Below are positions 1 through 10,301 of a stretch of DNA of 32,000 bases, one piece after another. Within the stretch, counting starts at the first letter, position 1. Each line of letters opens with the position of its first letter. Made by a program: the position numbers and the translations under genes. The notes beneath the pieces are model-generated. The model did not search any database. It had not been told where the DNA came from and was given only the letters and a program-made list of their open reading frames with translations. Origin of the DNA: Candidatus Jordarchaeales archaeon (GTDB lineage: Archaea > Asgardarchaeota > Jordiarchaeia > Jordiarchaeales > Freyrarchaeaceae); contig JAWAHN010000001.1 of NCBI GenBank assembly GCA_038889235.1, positions 404,499 to 436,498 of the forward strand, written 5' to 3'.

Positions 1-417
1 GTTATTATATCGAAGCTGACGAATAAGATCTGCTCAAAAGACTAGCTTAAAAGAGACACTCTATTTTTATAGAAAGTACTTCACCAAGCAGAACGGCCAT
101 ATTGGATTGGAAAAGGTCTGACATAAGAAGGAGCTTTGAAAGGATTTTTCATAACTATTATGTAATGCCAATGCTTGTTATCATATCGACCTCCATTGGA
201 GTACGCTAAGCAGTTTTTAATCAGTATGAAAGGTGATACCTGCCTTTGCAATTGCTTGGACACGTTGGTGAAACATCTACCAATATATCAGAGACTCGAT
301 AGGAGCTTACTCTTAATTCTACATGTAACCCTAATGAAGATGCCCTTTTTAGACTACAGTTGGGGGGACTTTTTGTTAAAGCACGTATGCGAGTCAAATC
401 CAATTTTAAGGACGTTA

Positions 418-1677
418 TCAGTTCTTACATGAAACGTTGCGCGCGTGGATCTGGCTTAATAGTAGAGCCAATTGTTGTAAGCCATCTAAACTTAGCGTCT
501 GCAACACTCTGACTTGCTCCCTAATCTTGGTTCGAAGAGCTTGGTTGTTCCTCCATACGTATTCTATTTTCGCCTTCAATGAATCATAGTTTAAGTGCTT
601 TGCATCACAGAGCAAGTTATCAATTTTAAGAAAGTTTACTAACCCATGAAATTTAGGACTATGTGCTATCAATATTGGAGGAACACCATGCAGGAGGGCA
701 ACTATAGCAGGATGCATCCTTGATGTAATAAGGATTTTACATTTCGCTATAGTGCTTATCACTTCATGAAGGCTAGAACCCTTTACAAGAGAGATCTTTT
801 CAGAGCCCATTGTACTTCGAATAGCGTCGAAAGCAACGCTAAGAAACGCTAGGTCGTCTTCATGCCTCCAACGACCACCCCTTGAAAAAGGAATTAACAC
901 AATCTTCGCGGAATACGTATTCACAAGATAGTTTGAAATATCCCTCAAGATTTGAATGAAGTACTCAGGGCTATAACTATAGAAATGTATCACGGCTTCG
1001 TTACTAATGCAAAAGCACGCTATTGGCTCATCATTTTGCGTTTTTATCTCGAGAGGAATGGAAAAAGCGGCATCAGTAATAAGGCGAACTTTAGATCCAG
1101 TAATTCCCATCTTTCTTAGATAGTTTTCGGAGTTTTGATCTCTCACTGCAATCAGTTTAACATTGTCATTTTCAAGAACCACTTTAACAAATGGTCTTAG
1201 TATACCTAAATTTCCAATAGAATGCGAGTATAGTATTACGGGCTTCTCTAGAAGTAACGCTAAAATTATGGATATGAGATTCGTAAACGTGCTAATAGTT
1301 CGCCTCACACGATACCACATGGTCTTGCTTTGTGCAGGGCAAAATCCATCCCCACTTAGATCTATGACTACATCGGCTTCATAGTAGTATTTTAACGGTT
1401 CCCACAGTAGTAACGTATCGGCTTTAAATCCAACCACTTTAAGAACTCTCCACATAAATGCTCTTATTAAAGCGTTGAGAAGAGTTCTAAGAAGCAGTTT
1501 CACAGGCTTCACACACTTACAATTCTGGTAAACTTTTCTATCGATATCCGGATAGAGGGACTCTATCGTGAATTTGATGCCAGGAATTTTATTGGATAAA
1601 AAGTTCGTGACACCCAAGACTAAAAGGGCCCATCCTCTATTAAGTGAGTAGAAGTTATTGATTATATGAACCCTCAT
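418..1677 (-). CDS. Polysaccharide pyruvyl transferase family protein (WcaK/CsaB-like)
   Basis: 419-aa ORF with family motifs DLSGDGF, IAVRDQNS, LITDAAF and ITSRMHPAIVALLHGVP; sits in a glycan cluster. Confidence 0.85.
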   Translation of the reverse strand: MRVHIINNFYSLNRGWALLVLGVTNFLSNKIPGIKFTIESLYPDIDRKVYQNCKCVKPVKLLLRTLLNALIRAFMWRVLKVVGFKADTLLLWEPLKYYYEADVVIDLSGDGFCPAQSKTMWYRVRRTISTFTNLISIILALLLEKPVILYSHSIGNLGILRPFVKVVLENDNVKLIAVRDQNSENYLRKMGITGSKVRLITDAAFSIPLEIKTQNDEPIACFCISNEAVIHFYSYSPEYFIQILRDISNYLVNTYSAKIVLIPFSRGGRWRHEDDLAFLSVAFDAIRSTMGSEKISLVKGSSLHEVISTIAKCKILITSRMHPAIVALLHGVPPILIAHSPKFHGLVNFLKIDNLLCDAKHLNYDSLKAKIEYVWRNNQALRTKIREQVRVLQTLSLDGLQQLALLLSQIHARNVSCKN

Positions 1678-1678
1678 A

Positions 1679-2947
1679 TTAATAATACCTCCTCTGATAC
1701 ATCACCCATAACGCTTTCTCAACCCTTGAGAGAACAAAGGCGTAAGCTTCCAGAATTTTAAAGGGTAATCGTTCTATCATGCGTTGCCCTATGGATGCCT
1801 CCGAAAACCTTTTATTGGCAAGCTGAATTAGGGCAATAACAAGTTGTAGAAGGCTTGTTGGCGAAACACGCTCCTCGGCCCTCTTCGTCACTACCTGCCG
1901 TGCAGGCAACGTTACTTTTTTGAAGAATAGCGGACGCCATTGGGATTCGATAACCTTTTCTATGCCTATTTCTTTTAGTTCAATATAACCAGTATGCCAC
2001 GCCTTTCGCAGAACTTTATCACCTATTTCCGTACGTGATATTGCAATAGATGTGCCCAATCTATCTGTCCTTAAAATCTCTGGTAGCCATGGATCCCCAA
2101 CGGAAATATCGGCATTCTCGTTCATCATATCGGAACAGAACATGCAACCAGTAGGTATGAAAAAGTAAGTGGAAAATAGAGGTCTCCAGTAACTAAAAAA
2201 CGGAAAGAAGATCTCGTTCCCATCTCTTAGGCGCACGTAAAGCTTGCCTGGCCACCCACGCCCTCTAAACGATATTTCCTCAACAACGCCTTCACATATA
2301 CGTAATTTATGTAACAGCGTTCTAACTCCCATCAGACTTGCAGTTCTAGAGCAGAATAACCCTATCAGCAATGATATGCGCTCCTGCAGCTTTTTTGAAA
2401 ACGACATGGCCTTTTTAACCCCTCTGATATGGCAGGGTAGACCTATGATGGCAAACCGCCCTTCAAGGCTGATTATGTCCTTCAACTTTACATTCAGTGC
2501 AACGGGCAAATACTTTGACCCCATTGTTGCAAACAGTTCCTTCGAGCTCTTCGCGATAAAAGGAGTAGGCCTTAGGCCCTCCATCCTCACTGTTAAGACA
2601 CCATCTATGACACCGTCCTCCAGCATAGACATTAGAACAGCTGTAACAAGCCCCCCTGAAGACGCCTTCCACCTAATATCGCTACGTTTTGAGTACCCTA
2701 CGTAGCTGTTAACATATCTGCCTATCAACCCATTATAATTTTCTATATTACTAATTGCCCCACTGGTAATGTCGGAGGTCGGACATACAACACTACATAC
2801 GCCACAGAAAGAACATTCATTCTTGAGTATTGGAGTGTAGTTAGATTTTGGATCAAGCACCATCTCTATGTCCTTGGGACAAAAAGCAGCACAAGTACCA
2901 CACCCCGAGCAAAGCTCGTTCCAAGAAGGTGGCCTCGTCAAAGCCAT
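1679..2947 (-). CDS. F420 hydrogenase/dehydrogenase beta-subunit (FrhB/FdhB) family protein with N-terminal 2x[4Fe-4S] domain
   Basis: CSGCGTCAAFCP and CSFCGVCSVVCP ferredoxin motifs, then ASSGGLVT, GLPCHIRG, GLFCS and CMFCSD...ADISVGDPW; stop codon is 1 nt from the next start. Confidence 0.88.
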   Translation of the reverse strand: MALTRPPSWNELCSGCGTCAAFCPKDIEMVLDPKSNYTPILKNECSFCGVCSVVCPTSDITSGAISNIENYNGLIGRYVNSYVGYSKRSDIRWKASSGGLVTAVLMSMLEDGVIDGVLTVRMEGLRPTPFIAKSSKELFATMGSKYLPVALNVKLKDIISLEGRFAIIGLPCHIRGVKKAMSFSKKLQERISLLIGLFCSRTASLMGVRTLLHKLRICEGVVEEISFRGRGWPGKLYVRLRDGNEIFFPFFSYWRPLFSTYFFIPTGCMFCSDMMNENADISVGDPWLPEILRTDRLGTSIAISRTEIGDKVLRKAWHTGYIELKEIGIEKVIESQWRPLFFKKVTLPARQVVTKRAEERVSPTSLLQLVIALIQLANKRFSEASIGQRMIERLPFKILEAYAFVLSRVEKALWVMYQRRYY

Positions 2948-2953
2948 CCACCT

Positions 2954-5497
2954 TCATATTATTGTTTTTTTGTTTAAACCACGAATAACAATATAAACAA
3001 TGACAAACGAAACAACATAACACAATAGGACAATATGCAGTTCAATAATATAAGAGAACAAAGACAATAAAAGTGTGTAACAAACAGCGTAAATTATGGT
3101 CATCTTTGCTATCTCTGAGGTGAAAATTCTTACACCTGACCTACCGGTTTTTGAGCTGAAAAAGATGTAGTAAGGCCCTAGAGCTATTATTGCCATTAAG
3201 CTATAAGCGGCGGCTTCTACGTCGAGAAGAGGAAGACCATAATATCGTCTTCCAACAGGTATATAACCAATAGTTGAGGTTGATGTGAAATAAATTATTG
3301 ATGCTAGGCTGTAGAGAAGCGTGTATGGTACTAGTTCTACCTTGCGCTTCAAGTAAGCTAGTATTATTAGGAAAGGTACAACCCAAGATAAATGCTGGGG
3401 GTATATCATGTGGTAGTTAAGGTAATGTGAGAGAATGAGTAAAGCCATTGCTGCAGAAATGTTTAGGATGATTGTCTCCCTTCTTTTCGCAGTATACGCA
3501 TACCATAGCACTATTAATGTAATGATGGCCAGGTAAGACCAGGGGTATAGAGGAAGGGAAGGTCTAAAATGCGCAAGTCCTACCCAGGACGTGAGTAAAC
3601 GGCTTGTATAAGTGGTGCGCGTAACGAAATGAGTGAAGAACTCATGGATTCCTCCAAACAGTATGAATGGCATAAATGCAAGTAATGTTGCGCACGTGCC
3701 TATGGTCAGGGCTTTTACTAGTTGATTATATTTCTTTTTAAAGATAGCTGAGGCAATTAGAAGCGCGTAGCCGGCGAATCCAAACGGCTTCGTTAACCCT
3801 GATAGTACAAATAATGTAGTGGCGGCCTGGAACCTCCGCTTCACGAATAAGAAGTAAAGACCTCCTAGGAGAAAAGAGAGAGCCAGCGTATCGTACATTC
3901 CCCATGCACTTGAAATAAAGATTATGAGTGGATTAAAAAGATAGAGAGATCCGTAGAATACGTGCTTGCCCTCGTTTCTCTTGTCGAATATCTTTACGAT
4001 GAAATAGAAGGATGCAACGTCTGCAAGAATAAAGGGCATCTTAATAAAGATAGCTTCTATCATACCCGTAGAATGAGCTAAGAAATAATAGTCCTGGAAG
4101 CCTAGAATCCTCAGCAACGCGTAAAATGAGTAAGAGAAGAGAAGTAGGTATAAGTAAAGGGGCATCGTTGGCCATAATTCTAAGTGAATGGTTCCTGATT
4201 CATAGTACTCCCTTGCGGCCGCTTTCCAAAATTCCATATCGAATGTATGACCTGTAAAGGGAGCAATTAGTAACCTTAAGGAGACCCCGATAATTAAGAA
4301 AATGAGCAGGTCTCTATGACTAATGTTTCTGCCGTAACTTTTAACATAGATACACGCTACAATGAGGGGAGGCACTATGAAAGTTAGCACTATATAATAA
4401 GTAGTAGCCGTTATAGCTATATTTGGATCTATAGGTATCAACGCTGGATATGTGCGGTTTTTTTCGTAGGTAAGTATAACTTTTTCTACATTAAAGAAGT
4501 CAAAGTAACTGTCCGTTAAGAAGATAACGGAAAGGTTTTTCGTTTCGGTTAGAGTTATATTGGCCAACTCTGTTAGGTAACCAAAGACTCTAAAATTCTG
4601 TGGGTAAATCGCTGCCACTTCATAACAAGGTCTTCCTTCAAGAAGATATGTGAAACCTTTACCTATAATAGGGGTTGTCTCATTCCATATGATGGCATAG
4701 ACTGTGTAATTGCCTCCCTTGAATCCCGAAATTGTGTAATACACTCTAATGTGGGTAAGTGTGTAGTTTCCAATTAGCTCCGGCTCTTGAATGTTCAAAA
4801 CAATTGCATACGCCTTCTCATTAGGTTCCCAAACGCTCTTCATCGATGTTAGGGCTTGAAAAGAGATTTCAGAAATAATTAGTATGGAACTAATTACATC
4901 AAAAGGATAATCTTCCATGATTATTATTATCCTCGTAATGTTTATGTCTTCGCGTCCTGTCGCGATGTAAACAAAATCTTTGAGATTGACGGTTACATTT
5001 TCCCATGCATTCTTTCCTTTCCTATCATCTAGCGGAGAAGTTTCCCAAAATACATTATATACATTCCCGTTATTGTCAACGCCTCTGAATCTTATGTGGT
5101 ATAATATGTCCTTAGATACGAGGATTCTCATCTTAAGTAATGGATACTCACTTACGTTAAGATTTAAATCTCTAGAAACATAAACATGTTCTTTTACACC
5201 TTCTTTTGTAAAAGAAGCATTAACAAATAAGCAACCATTGTCGATTGTTAGCTCTGAGTGAGCTGTACCTCCAGACTGCCATTTATTTAATTCGTCCTCG
5301 GCCCAAAAGTCTATTTTAAATTCATCGGCTAACGAAATTTCATAAGGCACTACAAAAGTGTCAGACTGAGCTTCTAAAACTAGATATGTCTTGGGTAACT
5401 GACCTCTTAATGAAAACATGAGTATAACACCGACAAACATGAATATTAGTAGAAGTACGAAAAATCTTCTGCGCCTAATTAGTAAACCCAATCGCAT
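2954..5497 (-). CDS. GT-C fold membrane glycosyltransferase (GT87/PIG-M/DUF2029-like) with a large N-terminal extracellular domain
   Basis: N-terminal TM/signal anchor, ~330-aa beta-rich domain, then a polytopic region with LRLLIAPFTGHTFDMEFW, IKMPFILAD and YLFNPLIIFISSAWGMYDTL. Confidence 0.72.
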   Translation of the reverse strand: MRLGLLIRRRRFFVLLLIFMFVGVILMFSLRGQLPKTYLVLEAQSDTFVVPYEISLADEFKIDFWAEDELNKWQSGGTAHSELTIDNGCLFVNASFTKEGVKEHVYVSRDLNLNVSEYPLLKMRILVSKDILYHIRFRGVDNNGNVYNVFWETSPLDDRKGKNAWENVTVNLKDFVYIATGREDINITRIIIIMEDYPFDVISSILIISEISFQALTSMKSVWEPNEKAYAIVLNIQEPELIGNYTLTHIRVYYTISGFKGGNYTVYAIIWNETTPIIGKGFTYLLEGRPCYEVAAIYPQNFRVFGYLTELANITLTETKNLSVIFLTDSYFDFFNVEKVILTYEKNRTYPALIPIDPNIAITATTYYIVLTFIVPPLIVACIYVKSYGRNISHRDLLIFLIIGVSLRLLIAPFTGHTFDMEFWKAAAREYYESGTIHLELWPTMPLYLYLLLFSYSFYALLRILGFQDYYFLAHSTGMIEAIFIKMPFILADVASFYFIVKIFDKRNEGKHVFYGSLYLFNPLIIFISSAWGMYDTLALSFLLGGLYFLFVKRRFQAATTLFVLSGLTKPFGFAGYALLIASAIFKKKYNQLVKALTIGTCATLLAFMPFILFGGIHEFFTHFVTRTTYTSRLLTSWVGLAHFRPSLPLYPWSYLAIITLIVLWYAYTAKRRETIILNISAAMALLILSHYLNYHMIYPQHLSWVVPFLIILAYLKRKVELVPYTLLYSLASIIYFTSTSTIGYIPVGRRYYGLPLLDVEAAAYSLMAIIALGPYYIFFSSKTGRSGVRIFTSEIAKMTIIYAVCYTLLLSLFSYIIELHIVLLCYVVSFVIVYIVIRGLNKKTII

Positions 5498-5587
5498 ATG
5501 TGATTCACCAACAATGTTGTTACATAAAATAACAGTATCTTCTCCTAAAGGATGTGATTTACCACAAATCAGATCATATTACTTTTA

Positions 5588-6790
5588 TCAATTTTTCTCT
5601 CTTTTTTCTAAAGTTAAAGTATCAAGAAGTAGCTTTGCCGACTGCTCTATAGTGAAATTGCTGAGAACCCTTCTTCTGGCCGCAAGTCCCATTTCGTTTA
5701 CAAGTTCATCGTCTTGAAGCAGTATTTCCATCGCTTCAGCTATTTCGTGAACATTGTAGGGGTCTACGAGAAGGCCCGTCTTGTTATGAATAATGCTTTC
5801 ACTTGTCCCGCCAATGCAAGAAACTATGCTGGGTCTTCCATGGAGTGCGGCTTCGAGTGGCGTTAACCCAAAGGGTTCAGCAATTGCAACATGCACTAGA
5901 AATCGGCTACATGAATACAACTTCATTAATTCATCGTCAGTCACTTTCGTCAATATATGAAAGTTCTTCAAACCTGAAGAAGCGCTTAATAAATTCCTCT
6001 TAAGTGGTCCATCACCAACTATAACTGCTCTTATATCAGGATGATTCTTCTGAACAATTTTCAGGGCCTCTATTAATCTTAAATGATTCTTTATTGGAAT
6101 AATAGCTCCAACCGATAAGATGAGCTTCGACTTACCGGGTTCAATCTGCTCCTTCTCGTGAAAGAAGTTATACTCAATGCCCGGATATACTACATGAACA
6201 TTTTTGGCACCATACAAACGCGTTATTACCCTTTTAGTGAAATAACTATTCGCGATCACCATTTTGAAGCTATGGATGCTATTGAGGTCTAATGTTCTCG
6301 CCATATATACTATGGGCTTATAGAAAAGCTCGAGAAGCACCCTAAAGGAAGCCCCATAAAGCGTCTCACAAGTACTTAAGACTGTTTCCTTGTTAATATC
6401 GTAACTTTGCCCAGAAACGTAGTCTTCCCATATCGCTCTTAGAGGCTCTCCGGAATACCAAACGGCCTTATGATCCAGAGTTTTGCTAATAAACCACAGT
6501 AGAGAAGGATCCACATGATGGTGAATCAGTACAATATCAAAAGCTTTTAGGCGTTGAATCGTCTTGTAAGACTTGTGTAGGTTAGGTTTCATATTCTTGA
6601 ACAACAATGGCAGTGTTTGGATGTTTATTTTGTGAGATTCTAGCCGAGAAAGCCAATAAGAAGGTAGTAAACCACCATAGAAAAGAGCAACGTCAATGCC
6701 CATTTTCTTCAGTTCTATTGCATGTAGAATACACAACTTTTCGGCCCCTCCAAATCTGCCCAGCGCTGTATGAACAAAGGCCACTTTCAA
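5588..6790 (-). CDS. Glycosyltransferase family 4 (GT-B)
   Basis: GGAEK N-terminal motif, IANSYFT, VVYPGI, IVGDGP and EPFGLTPLEAALHGRP (E-x7-E motif); TTG start. Confidence 0.92.
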   Translation of the reverse strand: MKVAFVHTALGRFGGAEKLCILHAIELKKMGIDVALFYGGLLPSYWLSRLESHKINIQTLPLLFKNMKPNLHKSYKTIQRLKAFDIVLIHHHVDPSLLWFISKTLDHKAVWYSGEPLRAIWEDYVSGQSYDINKETVLSTCETLYGASFRVLLELFYKPIVYMARTLDLNSIHSFKMVIANSYFTKRVITRLYGAKNVHVVYPGIEYNFFHEKEQIEPGKSKLILSVGAIIPIKNHLRLIEALKIVQKNHPDIRAVIVGDGPLKRNLLSASSGLKNFHILTKVTDDELMKLYSCSRFLVHVAIAEPFGLTPLEAALHGRPSIVSCIGGTSESIIHNKTGLLVDPYNVHEIAEAMEILLQDDELVNEMGLAARRRVLSNFTIEQSAKLLLDTLTLEKREKN

Positions 6791-7140
6791 CCCAAATCAC
6801 CCCCTTTAGCCAGCATCATTATTAATCGTACACTTACATTTGAGACTTGCATTTTAACAATACTGGTCTTCTTGTTTAAATTTAATATGTAATAAATAAT
6901 TATTTTTAGGCTTACAGGTTGAGGCATATTCGTGTTCTTTCTTGCTAGCCTTATTAAAAAGGAATGAACTCTGTTCTGGCTCCTAAACTTCCTTGAGTAT
7001 TGTATTTGACCTTCCAGCCCTGTTTCATGTATTTCTATTAGTCTGCCCGACGGCTTCATGAGCTTTAACCCCTTTATAACGTAAACCTCCACGTCCTGCG
7101 AGGGACTGTCAGCCAGCTTGATTGTCGACTCGACAAACAT
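6787..7140 (-). CDS. Hypothetical protein (may be a gene fragment)
   Basis: 117-aa ATG ORF whose TGA overlaps the GT4 TTG start (TTGA), suggesting translational coupling; no recognisable motif. Confidence 0.35.
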   Translation of the reverse strand: MFVESTIKLADSPSQDVEVYVIKGLKLMKPSGRLIEIHETGLEGQIQYSRKFRSQNRVHSFLIRLARKNTNMPQPVSLKIIIYYILNLNKKTSIVKMQVSNVSVRLIMMLAKGGDLG

Positions 7141-8389
7141 CCTGTCTTTGGGATAAGTCTTAGATATTGTTATGTGAGGATAAATGGGATGAAGAATATT
7201 TAATATTTTTCGTATTATAATCTTGTACTAGGGTGAATTATAAGTGAGAAAAGAATAGTTGCTGTTTACGACATGTTTTGCTAATCTGCCTTCGGGGTCC
7301 CTTAGTGTTTAACAGGCATTCCTAACTATTAGCTTGCTATTAAAAACACTTAACTAATATTCTTCCTCGTTTATAATTCACTTTCCCTTCAAGCACAATC
7401 TACTGAGAGCACGTCTTAAGCTTATACCATGACTAGCTTGCTAGGGCACGGCCTCGAAAATGTGTAATACTTCAACTACAGATTATTCTGTCGAAGTGCA
7501 CCACTCTCCTCCAAGATATTAGGCCATGCTTTTTCTCTTGCCTTACTGTCTTCTCTTCCTTTTGGGAGAGAGACTCGCCACTAAAAGACCTGGAAAACTT
7601 GTGTTCCGCGGGTTAAAAAATGGGTTTACCCCTCCCCTTCTGAAAGTAAAGGGGACCATCAACTTGTGGTATGACATCATCTTGGAAGTGTTAAAAGCAA
7701 ATGTAAGTAAAGCCGAAAATAATACTATGGTTAGCGTTCCCGTGATATTTCCATGCTGTGTTTTTGTGCTGGCTTTTTATTTCTCCGGCTACTTTCTCTT
7801 GGCACCATCAAAAACTAGGGGAGGAGTTTTTTGTTCCCCGCTTGTGTCTGCCTAGGACCGCATATTGGTGTCCTTCGCCGAGAGTTAGAACAATAAATTC
7901 AGCTTATGAAGGCACCATGTTCTTACTTTACTAATTTTTGACTGAGATGGTTTTTAGGATGCCTTGAACAGAGATTCCTAATGCTAGCAGGAGGTACGTT
8001 GCGTTTATTTTATGAGCTTTAATGCTTGGCTGTTAACGTTCCTATTCCTTCTAGTCTTATTGTAAATAAGTGACAGATAGTTTAATGAGCGACATATGTA
8101 AACAAAATAAAACGAGTTACACGCTTGTACTGACGACGACAATTTGTTCTAGTTTGCGTAAAACATTTTTATCAACACCACTATGTTACATGGCTTCTAA
8201 AAAGCAGCTTCTTTTCTATTAACAAAGATAAAGGTCCTGGGAACGAGTGTGAAAAAGGAATGAGAACGCAAATTTATTCTGGGAAGTTTCACTGTCCTTA
8301 GCAGTCCGTGTTCTCTAAATCTTATCTTTCAACTCTTTTGATTTTAATGGTTTCCTTGGTATGGAGCAGCAGACCGTTTATTGATGCTT

Positions 8390-8722
8390 TTACTCTGCCT
8401 TGTTGTTTGTCGTTTTGTGTAGTAGTATTCCTTCTTCTGTGGCTTTTTTTTAACGATGGTAATTTGCCTCTTTTTTCTCTGAACTCTTCAAGTGTGTAGC
8501 ATAATGCGTCGACGTTTAGGGGGTTTCTGTGATAAGCTCGTAGACTTTTATTATTCGCTCCTGAAAGTCCATTTTCTTGAACGTTCTTGATATGACTATG
8601 ATGTCGTAGTCGCTGCTTCTAAGTGCGTCCCCTCTAGTTCTTGAGCCGAACAGTAGGATTAGTTCAGGATCGAATGCGTCCTTGATTTTCTCTATGAAGC
8701 TTTTAATTCTTTCTTCAGCTAT
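8390..8722 (-). pseudogene. Minimal nucleotidyltransferase (MNT) antitoxin, frameshifted and start-less
   Basis: Manual translation gives AEERIKSFIEKIKDAFDPELILLFGSRTRGDALRSSDYDIIVIS (GS-x10-DxD), then after frameshifts PLNVDALCYTLEEF and ATEEGILL; start position reads ATA. Confidence 0.8.
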
Positions 8723-9075
8723 TCGAAGAACCTCCTGGTCATCTAGTATTCTTTCGGTTTCCTCTTTGTCTTAGGTTCTGCCGGGACGCCGCCCGCTGCG
8801 TCGGGGTACCTTGAGACTATGAATTCTGGTGTGAGGTTTCCCGCTACTCTTAGAACTTCTTCCGGGAGGGATAATCCAAGTGAAAGGTCTAGAAGGTTGC
8901 TTGTTTGTGGAGGAAAATCTTTCTTTCTGGTGATGTAGAGGGCTTTGAAGGCTTTCTCCACGGCCTGCTGGCAGAAGAAGGCTGAAGCGTAGTGGTTGCC
9001 GTCTTTGAAGCAGCCCTCAGCCGTCTTCATGTCTGCTTTACTTTGCTTAAGCCAGCGCTCAGCTTCCCCCCTCAG
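8690..9075 (-). pseudogene. HEPN domain protein (archaeal HEPN-MNT pair), C-terminus disrupted
   Basis: EAERWLKQSKADMKTAE...YASAFFCQQAVEKAFKAL...SRYPDA; the expected C-terminal helix (DKEETERIL / MTRRFFE*LKKELK) is split across frames; GGAGGTG lies upstream of a CTG/TTG start near 9075. Confidence 0.8.
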
Positions 9076-9187
9076 ACAAGCACCTCCTTCCCCCTTGAGT
9101 CAGATATTAAAATCGCGTTCTACTCCTTTCCTTGATTATTTACGGGTCCGTGTCGAGTTATAGAGAAAAAGTTTCTTTGCAAAGCTT

Positions 9188-10204
9188 TTAACTTGTGGTG
9201 AAGTAGAAGAGCCATTTAAGTAGAGATATTGTTACTAGCATAGCTGACGTGGCGGCGACTGACAGAAGGGTTCTTGTTACGACGTTTTTTCTTGTTCGGG
9301 GGGCGTATATGAATTGTGCCGGCTCGTTTAGGGTTAGCTCCATCTTTTCAGCTATTTTTGGTATGTCTGGTAGTTGTTTTTCGGCTTCCGTGAGGGTTTG
9401 TAGTAGGAGGTGGTACTCGCCGCCTGCCAAGTGGTCGAGTAGTTTTGTGACTATTTGTCTGGCTTTTTGCACATTGTTTTTCTCGCCGTGGATCATTGTG
9501 AGCGTTATCGTGGCTAGATAAGGTTGTGGGTTAATTTCTTCTATTTGTTTTGTGTTTCGCAGTATGGTGTCGGTGACCATGGCGTGAAGGATGACTGTGA
9601 GGATCTCTATTTTTTTGTAGTCTTCTTTGGTTGGTGTTTCGGGTATTTCTTCCAGTAGTTTTTTGCACATGTTTGTTAGCTTAGTTGTTTCGTCGAGGTA
9701 AGGGAGGAGTAGGAGGGTGGTTGAGAAAGCCATGGACGCTGATGTAGTGAAGAAGAGTAGTGAGTATAAGGTTGGGAGGTGTTCTTGGAGGACGTCGAAC
9801 CATATAATGGCCACGGCTGCGGCGTTAACTGCGAGGAAGAGGTATGCAAGGAATAGGAGACCGGCTGAAACGCGCTTGTTTTCTCTCCAATGTTCGAGGT
9901 ATGCTAAGGGGGGTATGTCGAGATTGACTATCTTGCTTGTGAGTTTCTTTTCAGAGAGCTTGGCTGCCAGTAGTAGTACTAGAGTTACGGCAATAAAGAA
10001 TGATACTTTGACTGCGTACTCCCTGACTGTGAATATGTTCGTGTTGACAAAGTAGAGGTATTTTCCTGTTTGTAGTGAAATGAACAATGGGGTGAACGAG
10101 TATCTAATTACTATGTAGAACACTGTAATTAGAGTGAGTGAGGCAGAGGCCCCTATAACATAGGGGGTGATACGCTTACTTAGTGCGGCTTGCAGCGATT
10201 TCAA
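9188..10204 (-). CDS. Hypothetical polytopic membrane protein
   Basis: 338-aa ORF with about four N-terminal hydrophobic segments, a helical soluble domain and a C-terminal TM; follows the GT2 gene on the same strand. Confidence 0.6.
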   Translation of the reverse strand: MKSLQAALSKRITPYVIGASASLTLITVFYIVIRYSFTPLFISLQTGKYLYFVNTNIFTVREYAVKVSFFIAVTLVLLLAAKLSEKKLTSKIVNLDIPPLAYLEHWRENKRVSAGLLFLAYLFLAVNAAAVAIIWFDVLQEHLPTLYSLLFFTTSASMAFSTTLLLLPYLDETTKLTNMCKKLLEEIPETPTKEDYKKIEILTVILHAMVTDTILRNTKQIEEINPQPYLATITLTMIHGEKNNVQKARQIVTKLLDHLAGGEYHLLLQTLTEAEKQLPDIPKIAEKMELTLNEPAQFIYAPRTRKNVVTRTLLSVAATSAMLVTISLLKWLFYFTTS

Positions 10205-10301
10205 TTGAACACACCCAGAAGCGTTTTTATAAGGGTGGCGTCCTCTTTTAACCCGAATCGTCTCAAACTAATAAATTTTATTTTGTGTGTTCTGCTTTGA
10301 A

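Noticed and set aside
1-432. Short ORFs 81-263, 175-432 and 221-403
   Set aside because: Mutually overlapping, no motifs, and none continues the glycan operon in frame; cannot support a gene call
7526-8499. ORFs 7526-7855 (+) and 8308-8499 (+)
   Set aside because: No motifs; the hydrophobic look comes from T-rich sequence, and 8308-8499 is partly antisense to the MNT remnant
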